From an uncultured Gemmatimonadales bacterium (lineage in GTDB: Bacteria; Gemmatimonadota; Gemmatimonadetes; Gemmatimonadales; Gemmatimonadaceae), in contig CAWKMU010000004.1 of the NCBI GenBank assembly GCA_963850905.1, positions 480,001 to 544,000 of the forward strand: a stretch of DNA of 64,000 nucleotides, given 5' to 3'. The position numbers and the translations under genes are program-made. The notes beneath the pieces are model-generated. The model was given only the letters and a program-made list of their open reading frames with translations. It had not been told where the DNA came from and did not search any database. Positions 38,905 to 49,179 of the stretch are shown here, in pieces; the first letter of the stretch is position 1, and each line of letters begins with the position of its first letter.

Positions 38905-40370
38905 AAGAAAGTCGCGCCCAGCATCAGCAAGGCCAGCGTGCCGACGACCATCTTCGTCTCGAATACCCACGCCGGCTCACCCCGCCCGGGCGGCACGAAG
39001 GCGACAACGGTGCCGAGGCCGGTGACGACCAAGCCAACAGCGCCGGCGGCCAACAGCGTCGCCCGGGAATAGCGGACTCGCCTGAAATCTGGCCGGCCAG
39101 CGAGACGGAGGAGCGCGGCGAAGATGTACAGAAACGGGATGAGCTGCACGACGATGGCCAGCAGCAGCAGGATCCTGTAGCCCTCCTGCACGGTCGAGCC
39201 AACAAAGCCCATCACCAGCACCGCGCACGACACCGCGCCCTGTACGAGGAGCGCAACGTGTGGCGTCGCAAACCGCGGGTGCAGACGACCGAGCACTGGC
39301 GGCAGATAATGGTCGAGCCCTGCGACGAACGGGATCCGGGCGGATCCCGCGACCCACGCGGACGTCGTCCCCGCGACCGCGACGGTGAGGATCAAGGCGA
39401 GCGGAGCGACCATCCAGGCCACGCCGACTGCGCCTGCCATGCGATCCGCCGCCTGCATGATTCCCTGCACCGCACCGATCTCCTGGACCGGCATCGCGAG
39501 GATGACGGCGAGAGTGACGGCGACGTAGAGTGTCGCGGCTATGATCCCGCCCCAGATGACCGCCCGGGGCAGGCTGCGGCGGGGGTCCTTGATCTCATCG
39601 CCCATGACGGATGCGAGCTCGAGACCCGTAAGCGAGTTGCACACGACCGCGAACACACCAGCGAGGCGCCAGTCGAAGGCTGAAACTCGGAAATCGCTTG
39701 GCCGAAGATGGACTCCCTGCGAGTGTGGCACAGCGATCGCCAGGCCCACCAGCAGCAGGGCCGCGATGACCGATCCGATGCCGCCGAGGTTGTTGAACCA
39801 TTTGCCAATGTTGACGCCGAGGATGTTGGCGGCGGTCATGATGCCCAGGACGGCGACTGCCGTGACCGAGACAAAGTGTTTGTCGTCGCCGAGCGAGTAC
39901 CGCGTCGGCCCGGCCATGAACACCGAGATCCCAACGACGGATAGGACCAGCGTCGGGATGTAGAACATGTTGTTGGTCCAGTAGCACCACCCGGACATGA
40001 AGCCGTGAAAGTTGCCAAAGGTCTCTTTCGTCCAGAGATACACGCCCCCTTCGTGGGGGTATCGCTGGGACAACTCCACGACGGCGAGGCCTTGTGGCAG
40101 GAAGAAAAGCACCAGCCCCAGTGCCCACATCCAGACTGTGACGGGGCCGCTGGCCGCGATGACTGGCACATTGTTGATGTTGACGACCGCGACCACGAAC
40201 AGAAAGACGAGATCCCACTGGCCCAACGCGCGCCGCAAGTGAACGGCCGGGGCGTCGCAGACCACGGGTGCCGCCTCGACGGCAACCGCACGCTGGACCC
40301 CTTCGGCCACACTCATGGCGCCGCGTCCTGGGTGCGCTGGGGAGCGCCCGCGATGCTCATGGGCGCTCAT
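38847..40370 (-). CDS. APC family amino acid permease
   Basis: Multiple TM helices, ELS..YP.EGGVY.W, GLEL...GDEIKDP, RIPFVAG.D; start 40370 (ATGA overlap) or 40316. Confidence 0.93.
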   Translation of the reverse strand: MSAHEHRGRSPAHPGRGAMSVAEGVQRAVAVEAAPVVCDAPAVHLRRALGQWDLVFLFVVAVVNINNVPVIAASGPVTVWMWALGLVLFFLPQGLAVVELSQRYPHEGGVYLWTKETFGNFHGFMSGWCYWTNNMFYIPTLVLSVVGISVFMAGPTRYSLGDDKHFVSVTAVAVLGIMTAANILGVNIGKWFNNLGGIGSVIAALLLVGLAIAVPHSQGVHLRPSDFRVSAFDWRLAGVFAVVCNSLTGLELASVMGDEIKDPRRSLPRAVIWGGIIAATLYVAVTLAVILAMPVQEIGAVQGIMQAADRMAGAVGVAWMVAPLALILTVAVAGTTSAWVAGSARIPFVAGLDHYLPPVLGRLHPRFATPHVALLVQGAVSCAVLVMGFVGSTVQEGYRILLLLAIVVQLIPFLYIFAALLRLAGRPDFRRVRYSRATLLAAGAVGLVVTGLGTVVAFVPPGRGEPAWVFETKMVVGTLALLMLGATFFYRSGSSRHSTVRPSGSQA

Positions 40371-41485
40371 CCTGAGGTTCGACGCAGGAGTGCAAGCAGG
40401 AGCTCTACGAGAATCAATATCACAATCACGATCTCGAGAAGCTCTGCGCGCGCCGCTTGGGCTTCGCTGTTCAACATGGCGTACGTCTCGCGCAGGATGG
40501 CGAGCTTCCGGTCAATGCCGCGGCGCCACGCCTGCGCACGAAATAGATCGAGGGCAGCCGCGTAGATGCGCGCCAGGTATACGTCATTCGTGACCTTGAG
40601 TGAATTCTCGACCCGCTCGACGGTTTCGGTGACGTCGGCGACCCGGGTCTGCAGGTCGGAGAGCACGGCCCGGAAGCGGCCGGCAAGTCGTGGGCTGCGT
40701 CGTGCACGGGCAGCTTCCGCACGGTCGTACAGGGCGGGAAGATCGGCGTCGAGCTGCTGGTCATACACGCGCAGCTCCAGAAGCTGGGCGTTCGCAAACT
40801 CGAGGATGTACTCGACGTCGCGATCGTCGACCCGGGGCTCGACGACCAGCGCACTTTCCCAGGTCAGCACCGTCAGATCGTCGTCGTAGTACGAAAAGCG
40901 GTGCGGAATGAGCTCACGCCGGGCCGCGCTCGAGAGGCGCTGTCGCTCGCCGATGACGAGTGCCGCGATTTCCTCGTCGGTGAGTATATCGGCAATCGGC
41001 ACGGGGACCGGGCGCCCATCGGCGTCTGTCGATGGACCGTTGAAGCTGACGCGATCGACCCGATAGACCTTGTACTCCTCGGCCAGGGGTGCGATCGCCG
41101 GGCGCTCGACAGCAGGCGCAATGCGGGCGGCCAGTTCCCGGACCTCGCGATCGAACACCACCGCGAGGTCGGCCGCGCCTTCGATCGCCGCGCAGGCCTC
41201 GGTGAACGCCGACCACGTCAGGCCGGTCGCCGCAGGGATGCATACCTGCAACGAGCAGACGCCGAAATCGAAGAGATGCGCGGTAATCGTCGCCCGTCGC
41301 AGCGAGCCGCCGACCGCGAGGTCGAAGGTGCTCAGTGTCGCGAGGAGGGGCGGGTTGCGGATCTCGATCGCGCGAGCTTCCAGGCGCGATGGGCGAATCC
41401 GGCCGCGTATGCTGGCGCCCAACAGTTCCGCCGCGCGATCCAGACCAATGGTGTACCCAATGTCATAGAGGCGGTACACCGTCAC
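40367..41485 (-). CDS. Conserved hypothetical protein with a C-terminal TM helix (RMD1/CorA-like architecture)
   Basis: EFANAQLLELRVYD, RVENSLKVTNDVYLARIY, LLEIVIVILILVE. Confidence 0.7.
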   Translation of the reverse strand: MTVYRLYDIGYTIGLDRAAELLGASIRGRIRPSRLEARAIEIRNPPLLATLSTFDLAVGGSLRRATITAHLFDFGVCSLQVCIPAATGLTWSAFTEACAAIEGAADLAVVFDREVRELAARIAPAVERPAIAPLAEEYKVYRVDRVSFNGPSTDADGRPVPVPIADILTDEEIAALVIGERQRLSSAARRELIPHRFSYYDDDLTVLTWESALVVEPRVDDRDVEYILEFANAQLLELRVYDQQLDADLPALYDRAEAARARRSPRLAGRFRAVLSDLQTRVADVTETVERVENSLKVTNDVYLARIYAAALDLFRAQAWRRGIDRKLAILRETYAMLNSEAQAARAELLEIVIVILILVELLLALLRRTSG

Positions 41486-41651
41486 ACTACCGTCTACGTG
41501 GATGTCGTAGCTCAGGTCGGCTCCATGGCAACGAAAACCGCCGGCGCTCGCTTCGCACCGATTGTCTTACCACACTTTACCCCACGCACAGTATACGTTG
41601 GGACACTCATGACCACGATGCATAACCCACGGACGAGGGTCGGAGCTGAAC

Positions 41652-42080
41652 ATGAAAAAGGCCGTCCCGGCGGAATCCGCCTCCGCATTGATCGACGAGA
41701 GGATCAAGGAACTTGGGGATTGGCGCGGGCAATCGCTTGCGAAAGTGCGCGCAATCATCCACGCGGCAGATCCTGAAATCGTGGAAGAGTGGAAGTGGAT
41801 GGGCACTCCCATCTTTTCCCACGCCGGCATCATCTGCACGGGAGAGACGTACAAGAACGTCGTCAAGCTGACATTCGCCAAGGGAGCTGCGTTGAAAGAC
41901 CCGTCAGGCCTGTTCAATTCCAGCCTCGACGGGAATGTCAGGCGCGCCATCGACATCCGCCAAGACGACAGGATCGATGCGCCGGCTTTGAAGAATCTCA
42001 TCCGCGCTGCGGTGGCGCTCAATCTCGAGGGCAAAAGCAAGCCGAAGCCGCGCCGAACGAGCAGTAAGCGCGCCGGCTAG
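41652..42080 (+). CDS. DUF1801 (YdhG-like) protein
   Basis: LGDWRG..LA.VR.IIH.ADP...EEWKW, GIICTGETYK, LFNSSLDGNVRRAID. Confidence 0.92.
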   Translation: MKKAVPAESASALIDERIKELGDWRGQSLAKVRAIIHAADPEIVEEWKWMGTPIFSHAGIICTGETYKNVVKLTFAKGAALKDPSGLFNSSLDGNVRRAIDIRQDDRIDAPALKNLIRAAVALNLEGKSKPKPRRTSSKRAG

Positions 42081-42247
42081 CGCCATCGAGAACCGCGGCC
42101 CCGATCGAGCCGTTCCTGCTGGCCGGCGTCGTACCCACCATCCGCCCCGGGGTCTGACAGGCTGCGGCCTGGTGAAATCCTGTGGGTTTCGCGTGATTTG
42201 GTGATCCGGATTATCAGAACGGTGCGCCGTGAGCCAACACTTCGGTG

Positions 42248-43168
42248 ATGACAAAGATTCTGTTTTTCATCGGTATCGTCCTGGCGGCGAGCGGATGGCT
42301 GTCCCCTCCTTTCGCCCTTGCCCTGGGTCTCGCCTATGGCCTCGTGCTCACCCACCCTTTTCAGGAAAGGAGCGTGAGTCTGTCGCGGTTCCTGCTGAAA
42401 GCCTCCGTCGTCGGTCTTGGCTTTGGCATGAACCTCAAGGAACTGGTCAAGACCGGAAGCTCGGGGTTCGTCTACACGGCGATCGGCATCGCGTTCGCCC
42501 TGATCGTTGGAACGGTTCTGGGCCGCACGTTGCGTGTCGGGAAAACGCAATCCTTCCTGATCTGCGCCGGAACCGCGATCTGTGGTGGAAGCGCCATCGC
42601 CGCAATCGGCCCAGTGATGAATGCCAACGAGGAAGAAATGGCAGCGTCGCTAGGTACGATCTTCGTCTTGAACTCCGTGGCCTTGTTTCTCTTTCCCCTG
42701 GTCGGATGGCAACTCCACCTGACCCAGACCGAGTTTGGACTCTGGTCGGCACTGGCAATTCATGACACCAGCTCAGTTGTTGGTGCCGCGGCGAAATACG
42801 GCCCGACCGCGTTGGCGATCGCAACGACTGTAAAGCTTGCCCGAGCGCTCTGGATCGTCCCGGTCACCCTTGGGACTGCCGTCGCAGAGAAGAACAAAGC
42901 GCCAATTCAATGGCCCGGATTCATCGCGCTGTTCGCGATCGCAGCAATGCTGAATAGCCTCCTGCCCCGACTGCATCCGTTGTTTCTCGAACTGAGCACG
43001 CTCGGGCGAGTAGGCTTGAGTGTGACGCTCTTCTTGATCGGCACCGGGATCTCTCGAAAGGTCCTGCAGCGGGTCGGGGTGAGACCCATGATGCAGGGTC
43101 TCGCGCTGTGGATCATCGTGGCGACGCTCTCGCTGTTGGCGATCCGCAGTGGCTTGATTGCTTTGTGA
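42248..43168 (+). CDS. YeiH/UPF0324 putative sulfate exporter family membrane protein
   Basis: GTAICGGSAIAA, AIHDTSSVVGA, TTVKLARALW. Confidence 0.92.
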   Translation: MTKILFFIGIVLAASGWLSPPFALALGLAYGLVLTHPFQERSVSLSRFLLKASVVGLGFGMNLKELVKTGSSGFVYTAIGIAFALIVGTVLGRTLRVGKTQSFLICAGTAICGGSAIAAIGPVMNANEEEMAASLGTIFVLNSVALFLFPLVGWQLHLTQTEFGLWSALAIHDTSSVVGAAAKYGPTALAIATTVKLARALWIVPVTLGTAVAEKNKAPIQWPGFIALFAIAAMLNSLLPRLHPLFLELSTLGRVGLSVTLFLIGTGISRKVLQRVGVRPMMQGLALWIIVATLSLLAIRSGLIAL

Positions 43169-44802
43169 GGCTCACAGGCTTCGCGATTGCCGTCGTTCTA
43201 GGCCTGCCAATTGCGCTCGATGCATGGGTGGTCGGCTCACACGTGGCCTCCGCACCGAGCGGCGCGGCTGAGCCGTCCCCGCACGGGGTGCGGCCGAGTG
43301 GATCTACCACGTTCACGATCCTCCACACCAACGACATCCACGGCAGGATCGAGGAATTTGTCGTCGACACCGGTGATGCCACGGCACAAACGGGCGATCC
43401 GGGTCGCACGCCCCAGGAGTATCCGCGACTCGGCGTGATCGGCGGGTTCCCGCGCCTCGCTGCGGCCGTGCGCGACATACGGCACGCCCGCGGCGCAAGC
43501 AACGTCGTCCTCGTCGATGCCGGAGACGCGTTCGGCGATCAGCTGCTCTCCAATATCACGCGTGGGGAGGCGACCCTACGCTTGATGGATGCGCTGGGCT
43601 ACGCGTTCATGGCCCTCGGCAATCACGACTACGAGTACACGGCCGCCAATACGCGACGGCTGCAGGGCCTCGTCAGATTCCCGATGCGCGCAGCAAACGC
43701 GATCGTACGGGCGACGGGCCAGCCGTTTCTGGGCGACCCGACACTTATCGTTACCGTCGGTGGTGTGCGTGTTGGCCTGCTGGCGCTGACGTATCACAAC
43801 ACGGACCAGACCGAGAACCCGGAAAACACGAAGGACCTACAATTCCAAAGTGGCATAGACGTGGCGGCCAAGTACGTCCCCGAGCTCCGCCGCCGGGCCG
43901 CGGTCGTCGTCGTTGTGTCACATCAGGGCTGGGTGGTCGACAGCCTGCTCGGCCTCCGCGTCCCTGGCATCGACATCATCGTCGGCGGCCACTCGCACGA
44001 TCGCATCCAACCCCCACGGCACGTTGGCGGCGCCTGGATCGTGCAGGCGCTATCCGACGGCTCGGCCCTTGGCGAGCTCACCGTTACGGTGACCGACGGT
44101 CACGTGGCGCGCGTCGATGGCGTGGTGCACGAGCTGTTCGCCGATCAGTACCAGCCAGACGCACGCTTCGCAGCAATGCTCGACAGTCTGCGTGCGCCAT
44201 ACCGCGACACACTCGAAGCCATGATCGCAACAGCTGCGGACCGCATCTCCCGACACTACCAGTCGGAGAGCCCCATCGACGTGCTCGCCGCCGAGATATT
44301 GCGGGAGTACGGCCGAGCGGACGCCGCGTTCCTGCCCGGGTTGGGCTTTGGGGTGACGATTCAACCAGGCCCGATCACCCGCGAGATGCTCGTCGGCCTG
44401 TTCCCGCACCCGACAAGCGTCGTGCATGAGCGACTCACCGGTGCGCAGATCCTGACCGTCCTCGAGCAGAGCGCCACAAACCTGCGGCCGGCCGACGATC
44501 TCGACCGTGTCGGCGGCATGGTGCAAACCGCAGGGATGCGTTGGACGATCGACCTCACGAAGCCTCTGGGCCAACGGATCCGAAACGTGTGGGTGGCCAG
44601 GCGGCGCCTTGACCGGGATACCAGCTACTCGGTGATGACGACTGGTGGATTGCTGCAGGGCACGCATCGCTATACCGTGTTCGCGAAGGGCAGCCACATA
44701 GTGTACGATGAGAAATCGTTCGCCACGGTGCTCGAAGCCGCCCTTCGCGCCAAGACGACCGTGCACGCCCCCCAACCGGGCGCCATAACATTGGCGAGGT
44801 GA
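43165..44802 (+). CDS. Secreted 5'-nucleotidase/SoxB-superfamily metallophosphoesterase
   Basis: LHTNDIHG, VDAGD, GNHDY, SHQG, GGHSH plus C-terminal 5'-nucleotidase domain; GTGA overlap with the upstream gene. Confidence 0.9.
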   Translation: MRLTGFAIAVVLGLPIALDAWVVGSHVASAPSGAAEPSPHGVRPSGSTTFTILHTNDIHGRIEEFVVDTGDATAQTGDPGRTPQEYPRLGVIGGFPRLAAAVRDIRHARGASNVVLVDAGDAFGDQLLSNITRGEATLRLMDALGYAFMALGNHDYEYTAANTRRLQGLVRFPMRAANAIVRATGQPFLGDPTLIVTVGGVRVGLLALTYHNTDQTENPENTKDLQFQSGIDVAAKYVPELRRRAAVVVVVSHQGWVVDSLLGLRVPGIDIIVGGHSHDRIQPPRHVGGAWIVQALSDGSALGELTVTVTDGHVARVDGVVHELFADQYQPDARFAAMLDSLRAPYRDTLEAMIATAADRISRHYQSESPIDVLAAEILREYGRADAAFLPGLGFGVTIQPGPITREMLVGLFPHPTSVVHERLTGAQILTVLEQSATNLRPADDLDRVGGMVQTAGMRWTIDLTKPLGQRIRNVWVARRRLDRDTSYSVMTTGGLLQGTHRYTVFAKGSHIVYDEKSFATVLEAALRAKTTVHAPQPGAITLAR

Positions 44803-44813
44803 AGCGATGCCCC

Positions 44814-44848
44814 CAGTGTCCAACGTCTAGCGTCTAACGTCCAGCGTC
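44814..44848 (+). repeat. Heptamer tract (YARCGTC) x5
   Basis: cagtgtc caacgtc tagcgtc taacgtc cagcgtc. Confidence 0.9.
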
Positions 44849-44875
44849 TCACGTCCTTCTCACCCGGAGTAGCTG

Positions 44876-45583
44876 ATGGCAGACCAAACCCACGTTCGCG
44901 ACACGGTATCTGCTCGCCGCGGTTTTATCGGCCGGCTCCTCGCTGGCACCGCCAGCTTGGTAGCCGTCGCTGTGACGACACCGGTCCTCGAAGCGGCGAC
45001 CACGGTGGGATCCGGGGGCCCACGGCCCGCCGCTCCTGGGGACGACTGGATGAAGGCCCTGACAGCGCCGCACCGCACGGTGTTCGACGTGACGGGCCAT
45101 AAGAACGGAAAGCCCCTCACTCAGGCGAAGAACTTCCTCGATGCGTGGCGCGACGCGTTCAAGATTCCTGAGCACGACGTGAATCTCGTCATCGGGATCC
45201 ATGGAGAAGCGGCTCCGCTCGTGCTCAACGACGCCCTGTGGGAGCGCTACACGATCGGCCAGCGATACCAGGTGACGGACGGCGAGACGAAGGGCGCAGC
45301 GACCCGAAACGTGTTTGTATCCACTCATGCGGCGGCCGCAGGTCTCGTGACGCCTGAGCAGTCTGTCGAGGCGCTCCAGCAGCGAGGCGTCCAGTTCGTC
45401 ATCTGCATGAACACGATCGCCAACACCACGAAGAAGTTGGCCGCGGACGGTCTGGGTGCGCCGGACCAGATCCATGCGGCCCTCCTGGCGGGCCTGCTGC
45501 CGGGGGTGATCACGGTGCCCGCGATGAACGTCGCGCTGACGCAGTTGCAGGAGCGCGGGGTGAAATACGAGAAGCTCGACTAA
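44876..45583 (+). CDS. Tat-exported DsrE-like protein
   Basis: ARRGFI Tat motif; VIGIHG.A, LQQRGVQFVICMNTI, LLPGV..VPA....L..LQERG. Confidence 0.75.
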   Translation: MADQTHVRDTVSARRGFIGRLLAGTASLVAVAVTTPVLEAATTVGSGGPRPAAPGDDWMKALTAPHRTVFDVTGHKNGKPLTQAKNFLDAWRDAFKIPEHDVNLVIGIHGEAAPLVLNDALWERYTIGQRYQVTDGETKGAATRNVFVSTHAAAAGLVTPEQSVEALQQRGVQFVICMNTIANTTKKLAADGLGAPDQIHAALLAGLLPGVITVPAMNVALTQLQERGVKYEKLD

Positions 45584-45602
45584 TGCTCTCTCTCGACTAG
45601 TG

Positions 45603-45641
45603 CTCTCTTCTCTATTGTTGGCCGCTGTGCGGCCAACAATC
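45603..45641 (+). repeat. Dispersed TCTCT-hairpin element, copy 3
   Basis: TCTCT then ATTGTTGGCCGC-TGT-GCGGCCAACAAT then C; perfect 12-bp stem. Confidence 0.75.
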
Positions 45642-45660
45642 GGCTAGGTTACGCACCACA

Positions 45661-47142
45661 ATGCATCGAAACCCCACCACCGCGCCGGCCAGCAACGCCG
45701 CCGGCTTCGCCACGCTTCCCCTCCACCGCGACCTACTCGCGGGTGTCACCGAGCTGGGCTTCGTCCGCCCGACACCGATCCAGGCCGATGCCATCCCACC
45801 AGCGCTCGGTGGGCGCGATGTGCTCGCCTGCGCAATGACGGGGAGCGGCAAGACAGCGGCATTCCTGCTGCCTATCCTGCACCAGCTTCTGCGTCATCCC
45901 CGCGACGCGAAGCACGGGACCACGCGGGCGCTCGTGCTCACGCCCACGCGTGAGTTGGCGACACAGATCGTCGATGAGCTGAATGCGCTTGCCGTCCACA
46001 CGCCCGTCACCGCGGCCGCAGTGATCGGCGGCGTGGGTATGGGGCCGCAGGAGCACGCGTTCCGGAGCGGGGTCGATGTGATCGTCGCTACCCCGGGTCG
46101 CCTACTCGACCACTTGTCCCATCCCTACGCGCGGCTGGACCGCATCGAGCACCTGGTGCTCGACGAGGCCGATCGGATGCTCGACATGGGGTTTCTCCCC
46201 GACATCCGGCGTATACTGAGCCGCCTGCCCGCGCGGCGGCAAACGCTGTTCTTCAGCGCGACGATGCCGGCGCCGATCCGCGAGTTGAGTGCATCCATGA
46301 TGCGCAACCCGGCGATGATCAACCTGGAGCGCCGGTCGGCACCGGCCGTTGGTATTACGCAGGCGGTGTACCCGGTCCCGCAGCAGCTCAAGTCGGCGCT
46401 GCTATTGGCCCTCCTGCAGCGCGGAGTGATGCAGCAGGCGCTGGTGTTTACGCGCACCAAGCATCGGGCCAACCGGCTGTGGGCGTTGCTCGACGGAGCG
46501 GGCATCAGCGCCGCCCGTATCCACGGGCGCCGCTCACAGGCACAGCGGACCGATGCGCTCGACAGCTTCAAGGATGGCCGCTACCGCGTCCTGGTCGCGA
46601 CCGACATCGCGGCCCGTGGTATCGACATTGAGGCGCTCGGCCATGTCGTGAACTTTGACGTGCCAGCCGCGCCCGAGGATTACATCCACCGGGTCGGACG
46701 CACGGCACGGGCGGAGACCACCGGCGAAGCGTTCACGTTCGCCGCGCCCGAGGAATCGGGCGACGTGCGGGCAATCGAGCGCGCGATCGGGAAGGCATTG
46801 CCCATCGTCACCCTGCCCGACTTCGACTACGCCGCCAAAACGACGGCCCACCTCGAAATACCGATCGCGCAGCGTCTCGCGGCGATCCGCGCCCAGCGTG
46901 CCACCGCGCGCGCGCGCGCCAAAGAGAAGGAAGAGCGTCGCGCTTCGGGCAGCCGCACGAGCGGCGGCAACACCGGGACCGGCGCCTCTCACGATGGCCG
47001 TGCCGCCCCCGCCCGCGGTCACACGCCCGCGCAGCGACCGGCGTCCTCCGCGCACCATCCAGATGGCTCGACCCAGTCAGCTCGGCGCCGATACCGCGGG
47101 GGCAGAGGCCGCCCACCGCAAGGCCGCGGTGGCGGCCGGTGA
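45661..47142 (+). CDS. DEAD-box RNA helicase (RhlE-like)
   Basis: PTPIQ, TGSGKT, PTREL, TPGRL, DEAD, SAT, ATDIAARGID, HRVGRTAR; basic C-terminal tail. Confidence 0.97.
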   Translation: MHRNPTTAPASNAAGFATLPLHRDLLAGVTELGFVRPTPIQADAIPPALGGRDVLACAMTGSGKTAAFLLPILHQLLRHPRDAKHGTTRALVLTPTRELATQIVDELNALAVHTPVTAAAVIGGVGMGPQEHAFRSGVDVIVATPGRLLDHLSHPYARLDRIEHLVLDEADRMLDMGFLPDIRRILSRLPARRQTLFFSATMPAPIRELSASMMRNPAMINLERRSAPAVGITQAVYPVPQQLKSALLLALLQRGVMQQALVFTRTKHRANRLWALLDGAGISAARIHGRRSQAQRTDALDSFKDGRYRVLVATDIAARGIDIEALGHVVNFDVPAAPEDYIHRVGRTARAETTGEAFTFAAPEESGDVRAIERAIGKALPIVTLPDFDYAAKTTAHLEIPIAQRLAAIRAQRATARARAKEKEERRASGSRTSGGNTGTGASHDGRAAPARGHTPAQRPASSAHHPDGSTQSARRRYRGGRGRPPQGRGGGR

Positions 47143-47224
47143 CGCGTCCTTAGGGGGCCCGTAGCACCGTCTGCAACTGTCCGCCTCGCAAGCATGCCTT
47201 GATCATCGAAAGCGAATACGCGCA

Positions 47225-48838
47225 TCAATGCGGGGCGTGCTTATGCGCGGAATCGTTCGGCATGCCGCCGCTCTGCTGCAACGGGACGAGCCCTTTGTAG
47301 ATGGGGTTCATCGGCCCTGGGAAATAGACGATAGCGTACAAATAGTTCTGCACGAGATTCGTGCCCTCAAAGCCGTTTCCGAATGAGAAATTCCACTCAA
47401 AACCGTTCGCGGGTCCTTGCGTCTCACAAGGGGATTGGGCGGTGCGCGCTTCGCACGCCCAGTAGAGATACGGCTGAATGTTGTGGAAGGAGCCAAGCTT
47501 GACGTCGGGAGTGCTGACGACGGGTGTCCCTGCAGGGAACGCGAGCTCGTCGTAGTACAAATGCCCCATCGGACTCGCAGTGCAGCTGAAACCAGTAGTG
47601 CCTTTCATGCTACAGGACGGGTCAGACGGCCCGGTTTCGGGCAGGTCCCAATGCGTGAACCCAAGGTATCCGTGGCCGTTATCAGCCTTGTTCATGGCGT
47701 CGATCCACAGGACCGCGGTGTTGTGATCCATCGAACCGTCCGGACTGATGCCCGAGACACCGAAGGTTTGTTTGGCGGCCAGATTGGCGTCCGCGAGCCA
47801 CGTCACGTCTGAAACGGGGTCGTAGACGGTCTGTCCGCCTGGATTGAGTTGCAACCTCGTGCCGTTAGCGGGGGGCGGCGTAGCGGCCAGCTTGCCTTTG
47901 ATCATCGGCAGCACGTATAGCTGATTTCGCGATACGTTGGCTCCCTGAAATCCCGTATTGAACGAAAAACTTACAAACCCTTGTGTCGGATTCGCCGCCG
48001 CGGACTTCGACCAGTACAAGTAGGGTTGGAAATTGCCGAACGGACCCGTGGTACTGCCGGGAATTTGAACGGCTGTGCTGGGCTCCTGCAGACGCATTGT
48101 ATTGTAGTAAAGAGATCCGAGTGCACTGCCCGAGCAGTGGAACCCGAAGGACTCGCCCTGGGCCCCCGTGCGGTCGCAGTGGGAATCGTTCTGCGGGGCC
48201 GTTGGCAGTTGCCAGTTGTTGTGACCCAGGTATCCGCCGCCCTTGTTGAATGCGTTCAGGGCTTGAACCCAGAGGACCGCCGTCTGATAGGTCATCGAAC
48301 CGCTCTTATTGATGCCCGACACTCCAAAGGTCTGCTTGGCGGCCAGATTGCCGTCCGCCAACCACGAGACGTTCAAATGGCTATCGTACACCACCTGGCC
48401 GTCGGTGGCGGGCGGAAATTGGCGGGGCTGACCTGACGTAACTTGAGGGCTCTCAACGCCGCCGTCGGGCACCGCGGCCGCGCCGGCGGTCGGTGCCTTA
48501 AGACTTGCGGTCGGCGGTGGCTGGCCAGCTGCTGAGATTGGCCCTTGCCCGAAACGCGGATTCCTCGCTTTGCAAGCTGTCACGACTTCCGGAGCTACCT
48601 GCGGCAACGGCCGCGCCGCAGCCACCGGCTGAGCTATACCCTGCATGATGGGGATGACGCAGTCGACCTGCAGCCCGGTCCCGCTGGCGACGCCGCCCTG
48701 CGTGAAACCCGCGGCCGTGCAGGCCGCGGTGATTTGATCGCACGGTCTCGAATTCTCAGGTGGCTGGGCCGCCAAACGACCTGCCACCCCGACGACCAGC
48801 AAGGATAGGCCGGCAATTGCAATCGATACTGAGGACAT
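47225..48838 (-). CDS. Secreted protein with a Cys-rich N-terminal domain and two tandem DUF1566/Lcl-like domains
   Basis: Signal peptide; duplicated VYD....V.WLAD.NLAAKQTFGVSGI...GSM....AVLW...W.LP...F.N.QPYLYW. Confidence 0.7.
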   Translation of the reverse strand: MSSVSIAIAGLSLLVVGVAGRLAAQPPENSRPCDQITAACTAAGFTQGGVASGTGLQVDCVIPIMQGIAQPVAAARPLPQVAPEVVTACKARNPRFGQGPISAAGQPPPTASLKAPTAGAAAVPDGGVESPQVTSGQPRQFPPATDGQVVYDSHLNVSWLADGNLAAKQTFGVSGINKSGSMTYQTAVLWVQALNAFNKGGGYLGHNNWQLPTAPQNDSHCDRTGAQGESFGFHCSGSALGSLYYNTMRLQEPSTAVQIPGSTTGPFGNFQPYLYWSKSAAANPTQGFVSFSFNTGFQGANVSRNQLYVLPMIKGKLAATPPPANGTRLQLNPGGQTVYDPVSDVTWLADANLAAKQTFGVSGISPDGSMDHNTAVLWIDAMNKADNGHGYLGFTHWDLPETGPSDPSCSMKGTTGFSCTASPMGHLYYDELAFPAGTPVVSTPDVKLGSFHNIQPYLYWACEARTAQSPCETQGPANGFEWNFSFGNGFEGTNLVQNYLYAIVYFPGPMNPIYKGLVPLQQSGGMPNDSAHKHAPH

Positions 48839-49125
48839 CGTCAGGGATCCGGTGACCGGCGCTTCTTTATGAAAGCCCCTCCCCAAGAAACGGGAGGCTG
48901 CATCGGCCGAGTAGGAAAACGCGCGTTGATCCGAATGGATGCTGGGCGCTCGCCAATGCTACGTCACCGTCAATGGCACGTCCAATACTTTGTGTCGAGC
49001 GCGCCGATAGGTGACGGCTATGCACTGATCTCGCTCGAGACTGCCATCTCCGGACACGCAAGCTGCTGGACCAACGCTCGAAGGCGCTCGCCTGGGGCGG
49101 TGCACCGTGACCGGCCCTTGGACCG

Positions 49126-49150
49126 GTAGGGGCGACGCAGTGCGTCGCCC
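49126..49150 (+). repeat. GTAG REP
   Basis: GTAGGGGCGACGCAGTGCGTCGCCC. Confidence 0.9.
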
Positions 49151-49179
49151 GTTGTTGTCGGTGCGGTTGTCGGCCGGCG

